Below, piece by piece: positions 48,142 through 56,526 of a stretch of DNA of 64,000 nucleotides (positions within the stretch are counted from its first letter, which is position 1; each line of letters begins with the position of its first letter). A program made the position numbers and the translations under genes. The notes under the pieces were generated by a model. It was not told where the DNA came from. It did not search any database and saw only the letters and a program-made list of their open reading frames with translations. This DNA is from an uncultured delta proteobacterium (GTDB taxonomy: Bacteria; Desulfobacterota; Binatia; UBA9968): positions 1 to 64,000 of the forward strand of contig CAVWLW010000067.1 of the NCBI GenBank assembly GCA_963755715.1, in the 5' to 3' direction.

Positions 48142-50145
48142 GTGCAATCGCCGCAAACACCGGGCGTCTATTACGAGCGAGTCGACGCGAGCGCGCCGGC
48201 CATCGCGCTGCTGCGCACCGACATCGCCGGCTTCGTCGGCATCGCCACGCGCGGGTCCGCTGCACCAGCCGCTGCCCGTGCAGTCGTGGCGGCAGTTTCA
48301 GGCCTATTTCGGTGATTTTACCGGTGCCGGTTATCTCGCTTACGCCGTGCGGGCGTTCTTCGAAAACGGCGGCCAGCGGTGCTGGATCGTGCGTGTGGCG
48401 TCTGAAACCGCGGCGACGGCCGCGGTAGCGCTGCGGTCGGAAAGTCTCGCCAGCGTCTGGGCGGTTTCAGCCTCGAGTCCCGGAGTGTGGGGAAACGATC
48501 TGGATATCGTGATCAGGGAAACGCACCGAGCGCAGACGTTGACCGTTCCCGCAACAGAGCGCGCCGGAATTTTCCACCGTGCTCTCGACCACCGGATTCG
48601 GCCGCGCCACGCAGGTGCGCCTCTCGCAGGGCGCCGATCATCGTCCACAAGGTCGTGTCGGATGTCGATGCGGTGAATCATCGGCTGCTGTGGATCAATC
48701 CGAAAGCGGCGAAGCGCAGCTGCCCTATGACAGCGCGTTGAGCGGTTTCGATGCCGGGCGTCCGATCCTGATTGAAAGCATCGAATACACGCTGTGGGTG
48801 AGAGAGCTCGGCCGGCTGATTCGCGTCTACGAAGGGCTCTCGCTCGTTCCCGAGCACCGGCGTTACGGCCCGGCTATTTTGGCAGCGTTTAAAGTCCCGC
48901 GGGTTTCCGGCCAACCGCTGAACCTGCCCTCCGCGCCTGAGCCGGTGACGATCACCGAATTGCGCGAGCTGCCTCTGTCCGTTCTCGAGTCGATGGCCAC
49001 GACGCCGGATCAGATCATGCCGCTCACGGGCGGCGCCGACGGCCTGGCTCAGTTGAGCCCCTATGATTTCATCGGCGAGGAGTATCGATCCGCTCGACAG
49101 CGATGACGTCCGCGCGCGCAAAGCGCGCGGCCTGCGAACCCTGGAAGACGTGCGCGAAGTCGCGATGGTCGCCGTGCCGGATATCCACATTCAGCCGAAA
49201 GCCGCGCCGCGTTTCAGCCCGCCGCCGCCCTGCGTCCCCGATCCGTGTCTGCCGGTGAGCGTGCCGCCGGCGGTCCCGCGCGCGCCGTCGGTGGGCGACC
49301 TGCCGCCGGTCTTTCCGGAAAGCGCCATCTATCAGGTGCAGTCCGCGTTGATTCAACACTGCGAGAAGCTGCGCGATCGCATCGCGCTTCTGGAGCCGCC
49401 GTTCAGCGCGTCGCGCGACGACAAGCTCGGCGTCGGCGCGGTGCGCGCCTGGCGGAGCCGCTTCGATTCCAAGTACGCGGCTTTGTACTATCCGTGGCTG
49501 CGCGTGGTCGATCCGTTGCGCTCGCCCATGTCACTGGTGCGGGAGATTCCGCCCAGCGGCCACGTGGCCGGACAATACGCGCAAAACGATTCTCAATTCG
49601 GCGTGCACAAGGCGCCGGCCAACGCGCCGCTCATCTGGGCCGAGGATGTAACCGTCTTCGTCGACGACGCCGTGCACGGGATCTTCAATCCCGGCGGCAT
49701 CAACGCGATCCGGCCATTGCCGGGCCGCGGCCTGCGCATCTTCGGCGCGCGCACGGTGAGCAGCGACGCCGATTGGCGTTACGTCAACGTGCGCCGGCTG
49801 ATGATGATGATCGAAAAAGCGATCGAGGCGGCGATCCAATGGGCGGTCTTCGAGCCGAATTCCACTCTGACGCGGACCAAGCTCAATTTGACGTTAACGA
49901 ATTTCTTGCTGTCGTTATGGCAGCGGGGAGCGCTCATGGGAGCGGCCGCGGAGGATGCCTTTTTCGTCAAATGCGACGACGATAACAACCCGCCCGAGGA
50001 GCGTGACCAGGGCAGGCTCGTGGCCACGATCGGCGTCGCGCCTTCGCGCCCGTTCGAATTCATTATTCTGAGAGTCGGGCGGGCGCACAATCAGTTCGAG
50101 ATCAGCGAAGCGTCGTCCGGCGCTTCCGGGCTGGAGGTCTTCTAG
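48142..50145 (+). CDS. Tail sheath protein 2, several frameshifts
   Basis: QTPGVYYERVD, AVRAFFENGG, SPGVWGN, YAALYYPW, GVHKAPAN, WRYVNVRRL, GVAPSRPFEF. Confidence 0.9.
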
Positions 50146-50663
50146 TGGCGGATTTGAATCCCACGGGACGGCGCGATGACCCGGTGTTGAATCATAACTT
50201 TGTCATCAGTCTGCTCGACAGCAGCAGCGCGAGCGGTCTGTTCGGCTCCGTTTCCATGTCAGCCATTTTCGATGTTGCCCTGGGCGGTTTCAGCGAATGC
50301 GGCGGATTGGAGATGTCGCTTCAGGTCGAGGAGTTCAGGGAAGGCGGCAACAACGGCCGGGTGCTCAAGTTTCCGACGCGGGTGACCTGGTCGAATATCA
50401 CGCTCAAGAAGGGCATGAGCTCGGGCACGGCGTTGTGGGACTGGCATTATGGTTTTACGGCCGGGCGAGGCAGTCGCCGCGATGGCGTGATCGTGCTGCT
50501 CAATGACCGTCAGGTGCCGAACAACATCTGGTATTTTCGCCGCGGTTTGCCGGTCAAATATACCGGGCCGGCGCTCAATGCGACTCAGAGCAGCGTCGCG
50601 ATTGAATCCATAGAAATTGCCCATGACGGGCTTTCACAGGTGCCGCTCGGTTTGGCGACTTAG
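50145..50663 (+). CDS. Tail tube protein 2 (Afp5-like)
   Basis: GGFSECGGL, FREGGNN, NITLKKG, PVKYTGPALNA, VAIESIEIAHDG. Confidence 0.9.
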   Translation: MADLNPTGRRDDPVLNHNFVISLLDSSSASGLFGSVSMSAIFDVALGGFSECGGLEMSLQVEEFREGGNNGRVLKFPTRVTWSNITLKKGMSSGTALWDWHYGFTAGRGSRRDGVIVLLNDRQVPNNIWYFRRGLPVKYTGPALNATQSSVAIESIEIAHDGLSQVPLGLAT

Positions 50664-50683
50664 ACTTTTCGGGAGGAATTGGA

Positions 50684-50881
50684 ATGGAAGTTCAAATCCA
50701 GACACTGCAAAGCACGGTGCAGGCATTCGACGGCGACGTGCCGCTATCGCCGCAGACCATGGACAAGATCGTCCGCGCGGTGCTTCAGGCGGTGAATGAT
50801 CAGCAGGCGCATCGTCAGCGCGTCCGCGCCGAGCAACGCATTACGAGCGGGGTGAGTCACGAGCTCGAGGAAAGGGACTAA
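50684..50881 (+). CDS. Small eCIS hypothetical protein
   Basis: RBS GGGAGG; fills the gap between tube and tube-initiator genes. Confidence 0.65.
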   Translation: MEVQIQTLQSTVQAFDGDVPLSPQTMDKIVRAVLQAVNDQQAHRQRVRAEQRITSGVSHELEERD

Positions 50882-50885
50882 GAGC

Positions 50886-51710
50886 GTGGAACAGGTCGCG
50901 AAAGCCATTTTGCGCGTTGAGTGGGACGCTCCACGGAACCCGGAGATGATCGAGGTTCAATATAATCCGACGGAGTTGTCATGGGACAAAGGCGCCCAGA
51001 TCGCCGAGATTTCGATTCCCGGATTAGACGCGCCCCTGCAACAATTTGTCCGCGGCCAGGCCGAGAAGCTGACCCTCGAACTATTTTTTGACACGACCGA
51101 TCACGGCATGGGCAAGGGCGCAGTGAGCGTCACGACGCTGACCGACCGAATCTATCAGCTCATCAAAATTGAACCGACGCGTCATGCGCCGCCGATCTGT
51201 ACTTTTATCTGGAACGACGCATTCCCCGGCAGCTCGCTTGAAGGAAATGCCGGCAGCGCCGCGAGCCTTGCGATCGGCGGCAGCTTTGGCGCGGCGGCGG
51301 GCGTGGTTGCTTCGGCCGCGGGCGCCGCGGTCAGCGCGGTCGCCAGCGCCGTGGCGGGAATCGCCAATGCCGCGAGCGGCAATCAGCGCCGCAACGGCTT
51401 CAGGTGCGTCGTCGAAAGCGTCAAGCAAAAATTCACGCTGTTCAGCCCGGAAGGTGTTCCGCTGCGCGCGGCATTAAGCGTGGGATTGCGTGAATACAAA
51501 ACTCTCGATGACCAACTTGCTCATTTGAATTTGACCTCGCCCGATCGCACGCATAGTCACGTGACGCAGAACGGCGATTCCCTGTCCCGGATCGCCGCGC
51601 AGTACTATCGAAGCGCCGGCGACTGGCGATTGATTGCCGACGCCAACGGTATTGAAGATCCGCGCCGCCTTGTGGTCGGTGCTTTTTTGCAGATTCCGCC
51701 GACGCAATAG
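50886..51710 (+). CDS. CIS tube initiator with C-terminal LysM (Afp7-like)
   Basis: VQYNPTEL, LELFFDT, FTLFSPEGVPLRA, LysM GDSLSRIAAQYY...WRLIADANGI. Confidence 0.88.
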   Translation: MEQVAKAILRVEWDAPRNPEMIEVQYNPTELSWDKGAQIAEISIPGLDAPLQQFVRGQAEKLTLELFFDTTDHGMGKGAVSVTTLTDRIYQLIKIEPTRHAPPICTFIWNDAFPGSSLEGNAGSAASLAIGGSFGAAAGVVASAAGAAVSAVASAVAGIANAASGNQRRNGFRCVVESVKQKFTLFSPEGVPLRAALSVGLREYKTLDDQLAHLNLTSPDRTHSHVTQNGDSLSRIAAQYYRSAGDWRLIADANGIEDPRRLVVGAFLQIPPTQ

Positions 51711-51720
51711 GAGATTGGGC

Positions 51721-52941
51721 ATGCCGGTAGTGACGCTCAGGGATGAATCGAAATTGCAGGGCAATTTCTATGTCCCGCGGTTTGAAATAAAAATCGCCGG
51801 CGCCAACCTGCCGCAGAATGTTTTGCGTGATGTCTTGCAAGTTACCTATTCGGATAACGTGAAAGAGCTCGATAGCTTCGAGTTCACTGTCAACAATTGG
51901 GACGCCGAAAAGCGCGAATTCAAATACGTCGGATCGGAAACGACCAGTTCCCTGAGCAGGAATCCGCTGCATCAGCTGTTCAATCCATCGCGCCATGAAG
52001 TGGAGGTCGCGATGGGATACGAAAACAATTTGACCCTGATGACGAAGGGCAATTTGACGACGATGGAGCCCACCTTTCCCAGCAGCGGCGGCCCGACGTT
52101 GACAGTGCGAGGCTTGAATGTCCTGCACAAGCTTCGCACCAAGCAATTCACCTACGCGTGGCCGCCAAACAAACGCGAAAGCGAGATCGCCAAGAGTCTC
52201 GACACACTGACCGACCCCGATCCTCAGGCGAAGGGCAAGAAACGCTTCCCGCTGCCGATCGAAATCGACGACAACGCGCTCAGCAAAGAGCAGCCGATTG
52301 CTTATGTCGCGCAAGACAGCCAGTACGATATCGATTTTCTTCTCTCCCGGGCGCGCCGTATCGGCTACGCGGTTTTCATCAAAGAAGAGGAACAGGAAAA
52401 TGGCCGGGTCACAAAGCAGAGGCGGCTCTACTTCGGACCTTCCGACGCCAATCATCCCGGCCTGCGACGGGTGACATTTGAACTCAAATGGGGCGTTTCG
52501 CTCATTGACTTCAAACCGACGTTAACCACCGCCAACCAGGTCAAGAGCGTCGTCGTCCAGGGATTCGATCGATCCACGAAGCAACAAATCACCGGTAGAG
52601 CATCGCTCGATGATCCGAAATTTGGATTGAACCGTGACCTGATCAAACTGTTGGAATCTTCCGATGCTCGCGAGGAGCGCGTGGTCGATAGGCCGGTTTT
52701 TACTCAGAGAGAGGCCGACGAGCTGGCGCGCGCGATTTTGCTCGAGCGCAGCAAGGATCTCGTCAAGGCGAGCGGAACCTGCATCGGTCTGCCGGATCTG
52801 CGCGCCGGACAGCGGATAAAGATCAGCGGCCTCGGCGCGCGCTTCAGCGGCGAATATTTCGTCACCGATACCACGCATGCGATCAACGATAGCGGATACA
52901 TCACGAGGTTTAGCGTGCGCCGCGAAGATCTGGGGAAATGA
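51721..52941 (+). CDS. Phage late control D / baseplate hub (gp27-like half of a split VgrG/Afp8)
   Basis: FYVPRFEI, YDIDFLLSRARRIGY, GLPDLRAG, GARFSGEYFVTDTTHAI...GYITRF. Confidence 0.88.
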   Translation: MPVVTLRDESKLQGNFYVPRFEIKIAGANLPQNVLRDVLQVTYSDNVKELDSFEFTVNNWDAEKREFKYVGSETTSSLSRNPLHQLFNPSRHEVEVAMGYENNLTLMTKGNLTTMEPTFPSSGGPTLTVRGLNVLHKLRTKQFTYAWPPNKRESEIAKSLDTLTDPDPQAKGKKRFPLPIEIDDNALSKEQPIAYVAQDSQYDIDFLLSRARRIGYAVFIKEEEQENGRVTKQRRLYFGPSDANHPGLRRVTFELKWGVSLIDFKPTLTTANQVKSVVVQGFDRSTKQQITGRASLDDPKFGLNRDLIKLLESSDAREERVVDRPVFTQREADELARAILLERSKDLVKASGTCIGLPDLRAGQRIKISGLGARFSGEYFVTDTTHAINDSGYITRFSVRREDLGK

Positions 52942-52951
52942 GCCGGATTCA

Positions 52952-53416
52952 ATGAAGCATTATCCGGGAGTGGTTACGGCGATTGTCAAAAGTTTGAAGG
53001 ATCCTGACGGGCAGGGCCGGGTGGAGCTGCAATTTCCCTGGCTGTCGGACTCGCTGCGAAGTTATTGGGCGCCCGTGGCAGCACCCCTCGCCGGCAAGCA
53101 GCGTGGTGTTTTCTTCATGCCTGAAATTGACGACGAAGTGCTGGTCGCCTTTGAGCACGGAAGTTTCGATCATCCTTATATCGTCGGTTATCTCTGGAAC
53201 GGCGTGGATATGCCGCCGGAGAGCGATCTCAAGAATCGCGTGATCAAGACACCGGGCGGGCACACCTTGCGGTTCGAAGACGGCAACGGAAAAAAAATCG
53301 TTCTCAAGTCCAGCTCCGGGCAGACGATCACCCTCGACGATACGGAAAACTCGATCACGCTCGAGGGCGGCGGACGGATTCTGAAGATGAGCAACGGCGT
53401 CGTGCAGATATCGTGA
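52952..53416 (+). CDS. Baseplate assembly protein V / gp5 OB-fold spike
   Basis: DPDGQGRV, FMPEIDDEVLVAFEHG...PYIVGYLWNG, short beta-repeat tail. Confidence 0.9.
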   Translation: MKHYPGVVTAIVKSLKDPDGQGRVELQFPWLSDSLRSYWAPVAAPLAGKQRGVFFMPEIDDEVLVAFEHGSFDHPYIVGYLWNGVDMPPESDLKNRVIKTPGGHTLRFEDGNGKKIVLKSSSGQTITLDDTENSITLEGGGRILKMSNGVVQIS

Positions 53417-53429
53417 GAGGTCAAACAAA

Positions 53430-54143
53430 ATGCCGCAGATCCTGACGACCAACGCGACGATTGTTTGCCCGCATGGCGGAACGGGCAGCACGGTGCCGGC
53501 TATTCCGAAGTGGCAGATCAACGGCGGCTACGTGGCCGTCGAAGGCGACACCGGCGCGCTCAGTTGTCCGTTCGGGCTGTTTCCGTGCACCGGTTATATT
53601 CTCAGCTCCATGGGATTGAACGCCACCGAGATCGACGGGCGAAAAGTGATTCTGGTCACCGATTTCAATCAGAGCCTCACCGGTTTGCCGCTGCGCATGA
53701 CGGAGTTTCACCAGACGTTCGACGAAAGCACGCCGGCGCCGATCCCGACCGGCCAGACGGCGCCGCCGCCGAGCGAAGAAATGGCCGACCTGTCGCGGCC
53801 CGTCGTCGTACCGGCGCTGCAAAGTTTCCCGTTCAGCATCAGCACGACGCCGGTCCCGGTCGTCGTGGCATTCAATCTGACCGCCGCTCATCCTCTGCGA
53901 TGGGTGCTGACGCTGATCAACACGACGCTCAAACGCCAGCAGGATTTGACCGGCGGCGCGCCCGGCGCGACCGTCGTTCCCGCGAACGGGCAGTGGAGCA
54001 CGCCGACTCTGACGGTCACCGTGACCCTCACGCCGGCCTTTGTGGCGGCGCTGACGGTGGGCACGCACCATCTGTTTCTCACGGCGATCAGCCAACGCGG
54101 CCTTTCCGACTACGGCGAAGCGACTATCGGGGTGACGCCATGA
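53430..54143 (+). CDS. PAAR-like spike tip protein with C-terminal extension
   Basis: ATIVCPHGG...CPF...PC metal-binding pattern directly after the spike gene; Pro-rich linker and beta-rich extension. Confidence 0.7.
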   Translation: MPQILTTNATIVCPHGGTGSTVPAIPKWQINGGYVAVEGDTGALSCPFGLFPCTGYILSSMGLNATEIDGRKVILVTDFNQSLTGLPLRMTEFHQTFDESTPAPIPTGQTAPPPSEEMADLSRPVVVPALQSFPFSISTTPVPVVVAFNLTAAHPLRWVLTLINTTLKRQQDLTGGAPGATVVPANGQWSTPTLTVTVTLTPAFVAALTVGTHHLFLTAISQRGLSDYGEATIGVTP

Positions 54144-54553
54144 ATCAGCCGGCCGGTAATCAACGCGATTTCCTCGGCGTCGGCTGGAAATTCCCGCTGC
54201 AGGTCACGCCCGGCGGGCAGATTGCCCAGGCGCGCTATGAGCAGCGCATCGAGGAATCGATCTATCTCATTCTCAGCACCGCCAAGGGCGAGCGCGTGAT
54301 GCTGCCCGAATTCGGCTGCGGCATACACGATCTGGTTTTTGCTCCGAATAACTCCACAACCATTGCGGTCGTGGTCCAGACGGTGCGCGAAGCGCTGGTC
54401 GCTTTCGAGCCGCGCATCGACGTGCTCGACATCAGCGCGGAGAGCGCGCCGGAAGAGCCCAATCTGCTGCTGATTCGCATCAACTACCGGATTCGCGCCA
54501 ACAATGCGCGCGGTAATCTGGTTTATCCATTCTATATCGAGGAAAGCGCCTGA
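54140..54553 (+). CDS. gp25/GPW baseplate wedge protein (Afp9-like)
   Basis: DFLGVGWKFP, ILSTAKGERVMLPEFGCGI, FEPRI, NLVYPFY; ATGA coupling to the upstream gene. Confidence 0.92.
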   Translation: MNQPAGNQRDFLGVGWKFPLQVTPGGQIAQARYEQRIEESIYLILSTAKGERVMLPEFGCGIHDLVFAPNNSTTIAVVVQTVREALVAFEPRIDVLDISAESAPEEPNLLLIRINYRIRANNARGNLVYPFYIEESA

Positions 54554-54556
54554 CCT

Positions 54557-56521
54557 ATGCCGCTGGAAAATGCCGTCCCCCGGATCGACGACCGCAACTA
54601 CGATAGCCTGATCGCCGAAGTGCGCACGCGGATCGCGCGCTATACGCCGGAGTGGACCCCGGTCTGGACCGACGTCAACGACAACGATCCGGGCATCACC
54701 CTGGCGCAGGTGTTTGCGTGGCTGGCGGAGATGCTCGCCTACCGCATGAACCTGGTGCCCGAGCTCAACTACATTAAATTTCTCCAACTGATCGGCATCG
54801 AGCTCAACGCGGCGGAACCGGCGCAAGCGGAAATCACTTTTCCCGTGCAAAGCGGGTTCGCCGATCCTTACGTGATCGTGCCGGAGCGCACCCAGCTGAC
54901 GGCCGAAGCTCCGGACGGCGGACCGCCCATTACCTTTGAAACCGACCGCGCGCTGATCGCTGTGCGCGCGCAGCTCGCCGCGGTTCTGGCGTATGACGGC
55001 TACGCATACACCGCGGTGACCGCCGATAATCAGGAAGCGGTCCAGGGCTTTCAACCTTTCGGTCCGATGGCCAATGACGACAGCGCGCTGCTGCTCGGGT
55101 TCGCCGATCCGGGTCCTTTCCCGGCGCTCGAGCTCAACCTGGCGATCTCGACCTTGCCGGACAATTCGGCGCCGGCCGCGTTTAAATGCGGCCTGCCCGA
55201 TGGGCCCGGCTTCGCTTCCGCGACCTTGCGATGGGAATTCTGGAACGGCAGCGACTGGCAGAGGTTGAGCCTGCTCAAGGATGAGACCCGCGCGTTCACC
55301 CGTTCGGGTCACGTCTTTCTGAAAACGCCGAACAAGAGCCTGCAGCCGGTTGTCATCGCGCCTGAAACCAGCGCGCTCTATTGGATTCGCGCGCGCGTCG
55401 AGCGGAGTCAATACGAGCGTCCGCCGAAACTCCTGGCGATTCGCACCAACACGGTTGCCGTGCGCCAGGCTGAGACCGTCCGGGACGAGGTCCTCGGCGG
55501 CAGCAACGGCCGGCGGGATCAGGTGTTTCGCCTCGCCAGCGCGCCGGTGCTGCGCGATACCCTGCGGCTCGAAATCGACGAAGGTTCGGGTCCCGAGATA
55601 TGGACTCGAGTCGATGATTTCTTCGGTTCCGGCCCGGCGGATCTGCACTATATGTTGAACCGCACCACCGGTGAAATCCGCTTCGGCGACGGGCGCAACG
55701 GGAATATTCCGGTCGCCAACCCCGCCAACCCGGAAGGCAACATCGTCGCCCGCGAGTATCGCTTCGGCGGCGGCAAGCAGGGCAACGTTGCCGCCGGCGC
55801 GATCAAGACGCTGACGACGTCCATCGAGGGCATCGACGACAACGGCATCGCCAATCTGCTGCCCGCGGATAGCGGCCGCGACGAAGAAACGCTCGATGAA
55901 GCAAAAAAACGCGCGCCCCACGCCCTCCGCAGCCGGTCCCGCGCGGTGACGGCCGAGGATTTTGAATTGCTGGCGATGGAGGCGAGCTCGATCAAACGCG
56001 CGAAGGCGTTGCCGCTCTATCATCCGGATTTTCCCGGAGTGAAAGTCCCGGGTGTGGTGACGATCATCGTCGTGCCGGACGGCGACGGCCCATCGCCAAC
56101 GCCGAGCGAAGGCACGTTGCGCAGCGTCTGCGCCTATCTCGATCAGCGGCGGCTGCTGACGACCGAACTCTACGTCGTCAAGCCGACCTACCAGCGGGTT
56201 CAAATCCGCGCCGAGATCATCGTCAACGACGACGCCGATCTTGCGGAAGTCCAGGAAAATCTCGAACAGTCGCTGCTTGATTACTTTCATCCGCTGAAGG
56301 GAGGCGAAGACGGATTGGGTTGGCCCTTCGGCGGGACGATCTATTTCTCACGAGTCAACCAGCGTTGTTTTACGATTCCGGGAGTGCAGAGCGTGGCAAG
56401 TCTCGTGATCGTGCTCGATGGCGAAGAAATGCCGGCCTGCACCGACGTGATCATCAACGAAGCCGGGCTGCTGTTCGCCACCGAACATCAGATTCAGGTG
56501 AGCTACCGCTTCGAGTCTTGA
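54557..56521 (+). CDS. Baseplate J-like protein (Afp11-like)
   Basis: IDDRNY, WTDVNDNDPGITL, IRFGDGRNGNIP, YRFGGGKQGNV, RAVTAEDFE, HPLKGG...GWPFG. Confidence 0.92.
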   Translation: MPLENAVPRIDDRNYDSLIAEVRTRIARYTPEWTPVWTDVNDNDPGITLAQVFAWLAEMLAYRMNLVPELNYIKFLQLIGIELNAAEPAQAEITFPVQSGFADPYVIVPERTQLTAEAPDGGPPITFETDRALIAVRAQLAAVLAYDGYAYTAVTADNQEAVQGFQPFGPMANDDSALLLGFADPGPFPALELNLAISTLPDNSAPAAFKCGLPDGPGFASATLRWEFWNGSDWQRLSLLKDETRAFTRSGHVFLKTPNKSLQPVVIAPETSALYWIRARVERSQYERPPKLLAIRTNTVAVRQAETVRDEVLGGSNGRRDQVFRLASAPVLRDTLRLEIDEGSGPEIWTRVDDFFGSGPADLHYMLNRTTGEIRFGDGRNGNIPVANPANPEGNIVAREYRFGGGKQGNVAAGAIKTLTTSIEGIDDNGIANLLPADSGRDEETLDEAKKRAPHALRSRSRAVTAEDFELLAMEASSIKRAKALPLYHPDFPGVKVPGVVTIIVVPDGDGPSPTPSEGTLRSVCAYLDQRRLLTTELYVVKPTYQRVQIRAEIIVNDDADLAEVQENLEQSLLDYFHPLKGGEDGLGWPFGGTIYFSRVNQRCFTIPGVQSVASLVIVLDGEEMPACTDVIINEAGLLFATEHQIQVSYRFES

Positions 56522-56526
56522 ATGCC

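Noticed and set aside
9711-49090. Many split genes as pseudogenes or programmed frameshifts
   Set aside because: About 20 single-base indels hit unrelated genes while motifs on both sides stay intact and no in-frame nonsense decay is evident; long-read consensus error is more parsimonious. Needs read-level confirmation.
54110-56290. Long antisense and alternate-frame ORFs (also 14868-16184, 44473-45873, 58818-60185 and others)
   Set aside because: Shadow ORFs expected opposite real genes in GC-rich DNA; no recognisable motifs.
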